From positions 1 through 64,000 of the forward strand of contig JAAOMT010000176.1 in assembly GCA_016748015.1 (NCBI GenBank): a stretch of 64,000 nt of DNA, in the 5' to 3' direction. Under the pieces are notes generated by a model. It was not told where the DNA came from and made no database searches. It worked only from the letters and a program-made list of their open reading frames with translations. Made by a program: the position numbers and the translations under genes. The stretch comes from Geosiphon pyriformis uo1. Its lineage: Eukaryota > Fungi > Glomeromycota. Each line of letters opens with the position of its first letter. Positions within the stretch are counted from its first letter, which is position 1. Below are positions 53,514 through 64,000 of the stretch, one piece after another.

Positions 53514-55700
53514 GTATTTATATTTTATAAAAGTTTTGTATTATTGCTTACCTATTGTTATTTGTAAATACTTGTATAATAAAAAATATTTTAGTGTTTT
53601 ATGTTTTTATTATGAAAAAATAGAATTTTTTAATTGTTTTTTTACATGTAAAATAGATTTTGCTGTTTATAAAAAGTTAATTAAATTATATATGATTTTG
53701 TAAAAATTTTTGTTAAGTTTGAATTTGTTATTTTTTTGTGTTTTACAGTTGCTTTTTTTATATGTATTTAATGACATAATTTATACTGTTTTATGCAAAA
53801 ATGTTATGTTTAGAAAGTAGTATTTAGAGATTTTGTTTATTTTTAGTTGTTTATAAGTTGTTGTTAAAAAAATTGTTGGTTTTGTGCATAGTTTAGATAT
53901 GACTTACTGTGAAAAAATATAACTAGTACAATCAAATATAGAGTAGTTTTAAAAAAAAGTAATCTGGTTTTTTGTAATAATTTTATGTTTTTAATAATTC
54001 ATGATTTAATGTCTGTGTTTTTTGATAATGTTATCAAATTGCTTGAAATTGTAAAAATACATAGTATTAATTTTAATATATGCAAGTTTTGTGTTTTTTT
54101 TTGGTATTAATTTTAATGTTTCTGTTAAAATAGATCTATAATATTGTTTTAATAGACTTAAATAACTAGCTATATGTAAAAAGTATATGATTTATACTTA
54201 ATTTAGATTACTTAATTTGATGTATTATGTTAAATAACATTATAATTTTACTTAAATAATATAAAAAAAATTACAAATTTTTTATTTTTTATTATGTTAA
54301 AATTTTAAGCAATTGTTTTAATTTTAAAAATTATTTTATATAATAGTTTTATAAATTTGTTTTCAATATTTGTTAATTAAAATTATTATTAAATAATTTT
54401 AACTTTATAATAAGTATTAAGTAAAAAAAAATAGTATATTATTATTATTAAAAAAATTTACATATTATATAATTTAAAATTCAAAAATATTTTAAAGTTA
54501 TTAGTAATAAAATTGTTAATTTATTGGTTAAAAAATATGCAAAATTTGTATTAATTTTGTTAATATAAATAAAAAAACAATTTATCAAAATACTTAATAT
54601 ATAATTAAAATACTTTATAATTTTGTAAATAATATTTTATAAAAGTTATTTTGTGTATTTAAATTTATTAATTACAATATAATAAAATATGTTTACTGAT
54701 TTTATTAATACAAATATAGTATTTTAATAATACATAAATTTTGAATTTATATATATAAAATAATTGTTTTATATATATTTTTTATTAAAGTCTTTTAAAC
54801 CATTTAAATAAATTTTGTATTTAATATAAAAAAAAAGATATTGAATTGTTTTTTTGAATATATATTAAATATAACAGAAAAAAAATTAATTATTAATAAA
54901 TATATTAAATAAAATATTTTTATATAATTATTAATTACGAATTTAATAATATTATAATATTAGTTTATAACTAATAATAATAATATAACATATATAATTT
55001 ATATTAAAAAATTAGTTTTTAAAAAATAATATAAAAAGTTTTTAAATTTTTTTAAGCTTTTTAAATTGGTTTTATTTAAAATTGTTGTTTTTGTTTAAAA
55101 TTTGGTAATAGTTATAAAGAAAAAATATAGATATTTAATTCAAAATCTCAAGTCAAATAATTTGGTAAATTGTAATTTTGTAATGTTTAATATATTTGAT
55201 TACTTAATTTTAATAAATATACATAATATTTATTTGATTGGTTTTATTTTTGGTTTGTCTTTTTTGTTTTTAGTAATAAGAATTATTATGGTTTTGTATT
55301 TGATTTTAGTTGGATTGTTAGATTTTTTAATATTAAATATTAGATAAGTATTTAATGTAATTTTGACTAGCTTAAATAGTAAAAATCTATTGTATAATTC
55401 TAGATAATGATTGGACCATATTTTGTTAAAGCGAATAAAAAAAGTAAAATATTCTTATTACAAGATTTAATTTTTAAAATTAATAACATTTTTTTTATTA
55501 CTAATTTGAATTTTTATAATTCAGATATTTTAAAGTTTTTTAAAAAAAACAATTTATTTAAATAAAAACAATAACAATATTTTAAAACAAAAAAGTTTTT
55601 CAACCACAATAATTTTATTAAAAATTAAACACGAATTAGGAAATACAATTAATTAATTAGTATTTTGCTTTTTTAATTTATATAAAATAAATTTTAACAG
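53514..55700. other. AT-rich decayed repeat relic (possibly LINE RT region)
   Basis: Very low GC; only faint coding-like traces. Confidence 0.3.
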
Positions 55701-56234
55701 TTTATTATATAGATTTTTCTCAAGTCACAGCATTTTTGCTCTATTCTCTGCGTCATTTTAGGATTCAGTAAAAATTGTTAGATAGAAAAAGTCAAAGACA
55801 ATCGGATCCAGTATAAAATAGAGGGCTTGGTTCGGGATCAGGCTCGATCGATTTTGACTTACTTGGCGAAGCTTTCAATAATTTATCGGAAGAGAACGGA
55901 ATATGTATCACATTAATTAGGTTTCTTATGAAATCAAAACTGACGTGATTGGGTTCAAGAAAATTAAAAAACAGTGCCATATAAAAGATTTAAAACGCCA
56001 ATCCAATTCGAGTGAAGAACTAGGAAACTATAGATTTTTCTAGAGCACCACCTCATTTTTAAGTGTAAACAAAAAGGTGTGTTCGCCTGTTTCTTCCGTA
56101 CGCGGTGTTTTCGTTAGAATTATGTATTATCTTCTTTTAGGACAATATATATAGAGGCTTGCAATAGATCAGTTCTTAACGCTTTTATTTATAGAAACGC
56201 CTTAACTGTTCCCCTGCAAGATTCTCTTTTTAAA

Positions 56235-58285
56235 ATGAATTTACCCTCTTTTGACACCCTTGAAGTGTTATCTGAGTTCAAACCCAATTCTCAAACGAAT
56301 ATCTCTCCTAATTCTTCGGAATTCATTCAGGACGAGGATCAAACTCGGGACAAAAATAATGAAGGGCAACGTGTCGCTCAACCTCCTGATAAAGATATTT
56401 CTGTTGATGATATAGAGAAATCTCGGGTTTCTAACCCCTCCAAAAGGTTACACAGTTTGACGAATGCCAAAAATTGGGTTCAGGAAAATGGAATAGATTC
56501 CGGGGTAAATTGTGGAAAAAAGGCTCCCACTTTCAGAGACAGAATCTCTGAATATGGGGCTAATTTGAAAAGGTTTTTGGGATTTGTAGGCCCTGGATAT
56601 TGTAAGTAATTCATTATGAAACCTATTCATCGTGTTGTTTGGATCTTCCATTAGCTTAATTCATGGACTGTAAGATGAATTCATTTTTCATAATATCCCT
56701 ACTTATAACAGTGATTGCCGTCGGGTATCTTGATCCCGGTAATTGGGCAACAGATTTATCAGGTAAGTCTCATATATTGTCACGAAAAAGTGCTTCAATA
56801 ATTTCAATGCAACCAACCCTTTATTGCTATTAAAACATTGTATAGGAGGTGCAAAATTTGGTTATTCCCTCCTGTTTATTATTCTTTGCTCAAATTTCAT
56901 GGCGATGTTGTTGCAAGGCCTTGCAATAAAGTTAGGAGTTGTGTCTAATATGGGTAATATTCTCGGGAACTTTTTCTTTTTTATTTGTAGAAGGATTTAG
57001 CTCTAATATCCTATCTAAACTTTTTTTAGATCTTGCACAAGCATGCCGTCATGTTTGTCCAAGATGGGCAAATATAGTCTTATATGTTTTTTGTGAAATT
57101 GCCATTATCATGTGTGATCTTGCTGAAGTCATTGGTAGTGCCATTGCTCTGAAACTCTTATTCAACATTCCTCTACCATGGGGAGTTGCTATGACTGGGC
57201 TTGATATCATGATCTTGCTGCTTTTATACCGTGATAACAGTTTGAAATCTGCACGAATACTGGAATCCCTCGTTATGTTCCTCGTTGTATCTGTCGGCCT
57301 TTGCTTTATGCTTGAATTGGTTTATTCAAAGCCGGACTCGGCTTCTGTTTTAAAAGGCTATCTGCCAAGTTCTGGAATATTTACAAACGGCGGTCAATTA
57401 TACATAGCAATAGGGATCATCGGAGCCACCGTGATGCCTCATAATCTTTATCTACACTCGCATCTGGTAAAGGTTCGAAAACAACGCGACGAGATCAGTT
57501 TAGAGGCTGAAACGAATAATATGCTCGAAACTGGCAATTCAAATCATTCCCCAAAACAACTTTTTGAAAACTTAATTCGTCGAACAATAAAATTGTCAAC
57601 TTGGGATTCCACAATTGCCTTGACATTCGCTCTTTTTGTAAATTCTGCGATTCTAATCGTCTCCGCAGCCAATTTTTTTTACAATTCCCAAGTAGATCCA
57701 GATAAAGTAGGTCTTTTTGACGCTTATGAGCTGCTCAGCCACTATCTCGGTTCCTTGGCCGGATTCCTTTTCGCTTTGGCATTACTAATTGCCGGGCAAA
57801 GTTCCACCCTTACGGCCACAATGGCAGGACAAGTTGTAATGGAGGGCTTCCTCGGGCTAAAACTTCGTCCGTGGTTAAGGAGACTTATTACACGCAGTTT
57901 GGCTATAATACCGGCATTGGTAATTGCAATCGTGAAGGGATCCGATGGATTGGATGGGATGTTGATCGCGAGTCAAGTTGTTCTCAGTTTACAGTTACCG
58001 TTCGCGGTGGTTCCTTTGGTATACCTTACCAGCTCTAAAAAGATAATGCGAATTAATTCTCGGGACTTTCAACGCAGACAGCACGACGGGAACATCCACG
58101 CGGAGGGGGAAAAAGACCAACTACCTTCGGAACCCGAATCCTCAGAACCACAGCCACATTACATTGACTTTTCTAATCCCAAGTGGCTTATAATAATTTC
58201 CAGTGTTGTAAGCTTTATTATTATCGGTTTAGATTTGTTTCTCGTGGTTGCCACTATTAAAGACGCTATCAATGGCGAGTTGTAG
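56235..58285 (+). CDS. NRAMP-family divalent metal (Mn/Fe) transporter, SMF-like (4 exons)
   Basis: GFVGPG, IAVGYLDPGNWATD, CEIAI..CDLAEVIGSAIAL, GIIGATVMPHNLYLHS, AGQSSTLTATMAGQVVMEGF and SQVVLSLQLPFA. Confidence 0.96.
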
Positions 58286-58809
58286 AGTTCTGGGCAACCT
58301 TTCTGTAGTTCTTTTCATTCTCACCCTATGGCTGGTTGGTCAGTCAGAAATATTGAATTTTCAATCGGCTGACTTCAATTACTCGACAATATTGGACCCT
58401 CTAAAAAACACTAATTCAGTTTTACAATTGTATAAATATATAATGTTTAATTTACATCTAAAATTGAGATCAATGTATGATTATTAGGACTGTTTGGTCA
58501 TCCTCAAATTTTAATTACATTCTCGGAAAAACAGGCATCAGTTTATTGATAATTACATGTAATCAATGAGTGGATTATTGAAATCGATAATAAATCATTA
58601 AGACATGATAACAGATAAATCTATTTAAGAATAAAGTATTAACAGATTCTTCCTCTAAAGTTGGGTGGGAGCCAATATATTAATACACGGACGGGATTGA
58701 ACTGTTGGACGTAAAAAGATCATCAGGTTGATAAGAAATACATAAATGAAAAGAAACATTCAAAAAGATTAATGCTTGAGATTATATATCAAACCTTATA
58801 TTGTACAAA

Positions 58810-60748
58810 TCATTCGGCTTCAATATCCTTCTTTTTGTCACCTTCCAGCAAGGCCTGTCGATTTTTCTCGGCCCTCTCCTGTTTTTCTCGCAATTTTTCT
58901 AATGCCTCGGTAGTTGCAACATCGGATAAGCGCCGTTGTTCTTCGGCGACTTGTTTGGCTCGGGCCACATCGGCAGCAGCTTTCTTTACTCGATTAGCCT
59001 CAGCTTGCTAAAGGTGCATCAAGTTAAATAGATGGGAGAATTAAAACTGAAAAGGCGGAGATTAAATTATCTTATTGAACCTTTCTCTTTTCTTCTGCAG
59101 CGGCAAGTTTGGCATCTATTGATCCTTGTTCCACCCTTTTATGATGAAGATAAATAAAAAATAAAAAATTTTTAATTTAAGAAAGTCAACGCATGTGACG
59201 CGTCGACAATTTAACAATGTTAGTTGTCTAGATTCAATTCATTATCATTGGCAATAATTTTTATGTGTGTGTGTGTATGTGTGCGTTTGTATGATTTTGC
59301 TCGACCGTGACCTTTTCTAAAAATAGATGAAAAGGAGTGGGTTGAAAAGAATTTCAAAGAGTGAATTCTTACGATTTGCGATTGTTTCCCTCAACGCCAT
59401 TCTTTCTGGGACTCTGAGGCTTTTCAAGTTCGAGCTGTGCCAAACGATATTTTTCGGCTTTATCAAGCTTTTCACGAGACTTTTCGAGTGTTTGCTCGGC
59501 AGCCGCGTCGGATTGTCTACGAACTCGTTCCCCTACTTTTTTAGCACGTGCTACTTCAGTAGCAGCTTTTAGAACACGTTCGACCTCTGCTTGCTGTGAT
59601 ATGGAAAGATGACCAAGAGTGTAGGATGAACAAGAGATTGAGGTTATATCGAGAAAAGGGAACTTAAAGACCTAGTGCATTACATCAAAAGTCTAGCTTC
59701 ACAAAAGTTACCTTTCTTTTGTTTTCAGCAGCAAAAAGCTTTGCCTCAATTTCTTCTTGACAAAGTCTTTTGTTCCGATTAAACCCAGGTGAGATAGATG
59801 TTTAGCAATCAAGCAAATGAATAGCAAGCAAGCAAGCAAGACAAAAATCACATCGAATCAGAAGCAAAACAAAGCGAAGCGATAGGCAGCAAAAAAAACA
59901 TAATATCCAAGAAAATTTAAATCAAGTTTGAAGGTAACTACGGTCAAGCAAATGCATACAAACGCGCACATACACACACATACACACACAATGAATCATC
60001 AGCCAGGCTAGATAAAGTGGTACCCAAAATAACAAAGTCAATCGAAATAAAACCATCAACGTGCAAACGAAATTGAAACGACTTACGCTGGATCGGAAAG
60101 ACGATGTTGTTCCTCATATACCTCTCTAGCGTGCTGAATTTCTAATGTAGCTTTTTTTACTCGTTCAGCTTCAACTTGCTATTCGATGAAAATCAATAAT
60201 GTGATTCGTGACGAAAGTCACGAAAAATCATGCAAGTAATTTTAAATATTGTGTTTACCTTTCTTTTTTCTTCCGCAGCGGCAAGTTTCAAGTCCAATTC
60301 TTCTTGGGTAAGACTAATATTTTATATGGCAAAGGGTGGTTTTTAGAAAAAAGGCCAAAAATATTGATTAAAAAAAGCGTCGCGTAAAATATGAGAATAA
60401 ACCGACGCGTTTTTCTAAAATTGAGATAAACCCCACTTTTTCATCAAAATATATATTAGTATTTAGCTTCATGCGAGAAACCTCTTGAAAACCGTATTTA
60501 TCATAGACGCGTGCAAATAACAATAGCTCAAGTAAAACTCCAGTCTTTTGAACCGTGTTCAATTTTCTTTTTTGCCTAAACCCCACCTAAGGTAGTAAAA
60601 ACGCGACTAGAAAAAATTCGTCGCGAGCTTACCCTTTCTCTTTTTCTTCGGCAAACCTCTTTAAAATATGTTCTGGTGTAGGTGCGTCCGGGTTCTTTTT
60701 AATATCGACTTCAAACGCGACAGCTGGTTTGTTCGGGCTTTCGCTCAT
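58810..60748 (-). CDS. Stathmin-like protein, 263 aa, 7 exons (60748-60633, 60313-60259, 60178-60087, 59766-59712, 59593-59373, 59135-59081, 59007-58810)
   Basis: All introns GT-AG and the exons join into one 792-nt frame. N-terminal AVAFEVDI...PTP, then three LxQEE(L/I)xxKLxAAE(E/N)KRKQxExxRV repeats resembling stathmin AFELIL and [24 protein letters not shown]. Confidence 0.78.
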
Positions 60749-61029
60749 AGTTTCTTAGAGTAGTTGGGTATTTTGGTAATGAAATTCTTAATGATACGTA
60801 AAAAACGGTTGGGAAAGAGTTTAGGAAGAGAACATACTTGATCTAAAGTGCTAAACTTGATGTATATGCATTATTCGTAGGGGTACCTACAGCTGTACAA
60901 CAAAAAGGTCTAACGTTTCTAAGAACATTGGGAATTTGGGCAAAATTACATGTTTGATGCAAAGTTAATGTATAAGGTCACATGGCTTTAAATAATTTTA
61001 AAAAATAGACGAAAAGTATCAGGAGACCG

Positions 61030-61102
61030 GCCTTCTTGGCTCAGTTGGCAGAGCGTCCGCCTAGTAAGCGGAAGGTCACTAGTTCGATTCTGGTAGAAGG
61101 CA
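61030..61102 (+). tRNA. tRNA-Thr(AGT)
   Basis: Acceptor GCCTTCT/AGAAGGC+A, anticodon arm TCCGC-CTAGTAA-GCGGA, GTTCGATT T-loop. Confidence 0.93.
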
Positions 61103-61245
61103 TGGCACGTATAGAATTACAGGATTTTTTTGCGAGTTTACAGTTAGATCGGCAAAATTTAAAATTTAAGTGTCACCTCAATTTGCTACTTTTTATACCC
61201 CTCAATTCCTTTGACAGAGCGTTTGGGTTGAACTTCACATTCAAA

Positions 61246-62947
61246 ATGAAACAATCAAACAAATTGGAAACGTGGGGAAATGAAAATACAATGAATCTGA
61301 ACAATATATTATTTCAAAACATCCAAGCCTCGCCATATTTCAAGCAACTTTAGTAAGAGTGTTACTTTTTTGATTTTCCCTTTGAAGCCAGATCGCTCTA
61401 ACAAAGATTGCTTTCTTTTATTATAACAGTGAACTGAAAACTTATCACGAAGTTATTGATGAAATATATAACGAAGGTAAGACGAGGAATATTAAGTTCT
61501 TTTTGCTATTTCGCTTGAGAAAGATAATTATGTCTTGAATTAATTTGGGATTATTTATATTCTGTAGTATCGTCCCTTGGTAGGTAAAAGAGATGTATAA
61601 TTATCCTTCAATAAATTTCTTAAATTTTCATTTTGATAATTAGATTTTAATCCTTATTTTCAACTCTGATTTAGAGCCTTTTCTCAAGGGAACAACAGCC
61701 TCCACGGCATTTTGCTTACTTTACAAATTGTGGACTTTGCGATTGACCATTAAACAAGTCTCTGGCTTGATTGATCACCCCGATTCGCCGTATGTATTAG
61801 TAACTATCTGCCTGGAAATTTTTTAAAGTTATTTCTACATTTAAAACATTGCTATTTCCTAATAGGCATATACGTGCTCTCGGATTTCTTTATCTTCGCT
61901 ATGTCTGTAAACCTGCCGATTTATGGGAATGGTTCGAGGATTACTTAGATGATGAAGAGGATCTCCAAATTCAGGCAGGTCCCAGGCCTGTCACAATGTA
62001 TGTATGTTCTATGAAGTACTCTTGCGTACTCCGACTTTTTAATCGTGAGTTTGTCTATAGTTGCGTGTGCATATTTTCTATTATTCTTTCTGGAAAAATC
62101 TTTGCATTTATGTACTCAGTTTCTATACTGCATAAAATCTAAACGCTTAATATAGTACAATCGGAAGAATGTGTCGTCAGTTATTGACCGAAACAAAATG
62201 GCTAGGCACCTTCTTGCCACGAATTCCTGTGCCGATTGCGCGTGATATTGAACTAAAATTGAAAGAAAAATTGCAACCCCCACCGCCACCTCCTAGGTAA
62301 GCATTATATGATATGCGGCATATTATTTTTCTCGTTATGTTATTTTTTGTCTGCCATCAGATTATGCCCTGGTACCTCCTTTTATAAATTATTATCGACT
62401 GGATTGTAAAAGTGATGAGCATTCTAGGAATGAGGTAGAAAACCAAAAAAAGCTCAACCTTTTCGTTTTTACAATACCTGTCCCAAGGTTCTTTTATTAT
62501 TAGTATTGAATAATTTACATTTTCACAAATTTAAATTAATTCAGGAGGGAATCACCTATATATGACCTGGAACCTAGAATAATCGCTGACAGTGGTACCC
62601 CATCTAGACATGGCGATGATGAGGGAGATTATCGTCGTAGTCGTACCCGTAGTAGGAGTCCCGATGGATCTTCTAGATCACGTAGACATCGTGATAATGA
62701 TCGCAACCATCGGGAATATAGAAGAGACCGAGATAGCGAGCGCGATTATGGCCGTCGACGAAGCCGAACCCCAGATCGTGATCGTTCTAGAAGACATAGA
62801 GGTTCTGGTCATGATAAAAGAGATAGAGAACATGAAAGACGTGAAACTCATGAATACGATCGTAAGCACGAGGATCAAGATAGAAAGTCAAGACGCTCTG
62901 ATGATAAGGGAAATGGTTGGCAACAAAGTCGAAGTCCAAGACACTAG
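61246..62947 (+). CDS. PRPF38B: Pre-mRNA splicing factor 38B-like (Prp38 domain plus RS/RD-rich tail), multi-exon
   Basis: WGNENTMNLNNILFQNIQASPYFK, ELKTYHEVIDEIY, STAFCLLYKLWTLRLT, DSPHIRALGFLYLRY, TFLPRIPVPI and an RS-rich C-terminus. Confidence 0.93.
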
Positions 62948-63252
62948 ATAAGAGAAAGTCAGAAATTAATAATTGATCTTGGGGTATATCTTTGAGGAAT
63001 TGTATTTTTTTTTAGAATAACAGAATTAACAAATTCTTTGTGACGGGCCAAACCTAATATCAGAGGCATTAAAGATTTCAAGGTGATATATCATTCGGTT
63101 TTATTTGAAATTAGGCTTAAAATAAATAATTGCCTTCATAACAAGGAAAAATTCATGTGGAAATATTTTAATTACGGAGGTTTTTGATAGTTTTGCTAAT
63201 TTTACATTTTAATTTAAATAATAAATATGCACCTTCATTATAAGTTATGTCA

Positions 63253-63324
63253 TCTCGGTTAGTATAGTGGTGAGTATCCCCGCCTGTCACGCGGGAGACC
63301 GGGGTTCAATTCCCCGACCGAGAG
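63253..63324 (+). tRNA. tRNA-Asp(GTC)
   Basis: Acceptor TCTCGGT/ACCGAGA+G, anticodon arm CCCGC-CTGTCAC-GCGGG, GGTTCAATT. Confidence 0.95.
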
Positions 63325-63644
63325 AGATAAATTTATTTTATACATGGACTAATTAAACGACTTTAAACTCATTTTTCGAAAAATTAATTGTAAACGCAGT
63401 CTTTTAATTATGATTGGTTTTGTAAGTCATAAACAAAAATAGGTTTCTCTTATATCAGACTTTTTTTATATAATTTTTGGTTTTTAATTATTGATTTTTA
63501 GGGTTGAAAAAAAATCATCCATTTGAATTACTTAATTAGCACACTGGTTACACTCTTGGCCGCGTCGAGATAATTTTTCCAATTTTCATTAGACGCGATA
63601 TTCTCCGAATTAGGCCGCTTTGGTGTGTGCGTATTTTGACAACC

Positions 63645-64000
63645 ATGTTTGATAATTGGTCCGATGAAGAAGTTTGGGATGAGGAGTCTTTGAAACTGAT
63701 TAAGCGTCGTTCTCAGGGACAATCACCTGGCACTTCAAAAACACCTCTTCCGTCAAAAAGTCGAACGAGGTCACGAAATTCTCCTGGAAAACGCGTTCCC
63801 TCACAAGTCAAAGAAAGTCCTTTGAAAACCTCTAACAAGCATATAGGAGTGCTCTCACTGTCCCAAACAACTTCATATGCCCCGCTCAACACAAATGGCA
63901 CTCCTTCGAAGAGCCTTTCTTATTTTAATAAATCCCCACGTGAAACTCTCTCACTGCGGGCATCCACCACCAAGGTTGCTTCTAAAACCTTATTCAACTA
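63645..64000 (+). CDS. 5' end of an unknown S/T-P-rich protein (open to the window end)
   Basis: MFDNWSDEEVWDEESLKLIKRRSQGQSPGTSKTPLP... with no stop before 64000. Confidence 0.6.
   Translation, partial: MFDNWSDEEVWDEESLKLIKRRSQGQSPGTSKTPLPSKSRTRSRNSPGKRVPSQVKESPLKTSNKHIGVLSLSQTTSYAPLNTNGTPSKSLSYFNKSPRETLSLRASTTKVASKTLFN

Noticed and set aside
22025-62947. U12-type (minor) introns in the host genes
   Set aside because: No RTATCCTT donor seen at the junctions I could resolve.
63528-63901. Minus-strand ORFs 63528-63722 and 63713-63901
   Set aside because: No recognisable homology; the plus-strand open frame from 63645 explains the region better.

Overview
Eukaryotic, intron-rich fungal genomic DNA. 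The gene families, intron style and TE families suggest Glomeromycotina (Geosiphon/Ambispora-like); this assignment is inference. The window alternates sharply between AT-rich, CpG-depleted nests of decayed transposons (about 1-21.8 kb and 43.6-55.7 kb) and gene islands. The TE nests hold an unusual Ty3/Gypsy lineage: gag, protease, a Cys-rich insert, dUTPase, RT, RNase H, integrase, then an accessory ORF before the PPT. One copy is near complete (9264-19131), with several relics and a decayed hAT transposon. Host genes: POL5/MYBBP1A-like head-to-head with RPL38, a ~1550-aa PH-domain protein, an F-box/LRR-type protein, a SET methyltransferase, FAM32A-like, an NRAMP transporter, PRPF38B-like, tRNA-Thr(AGT), tRNA-Asp(GTC) and a partial S/T-P-rich gene. 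The most notable item is absent from the ORF track: a 7-exon minus-strand gene (58810-60748) encoding a 263-aa stathmin-like protein built from three frame-symmetric exon modules.
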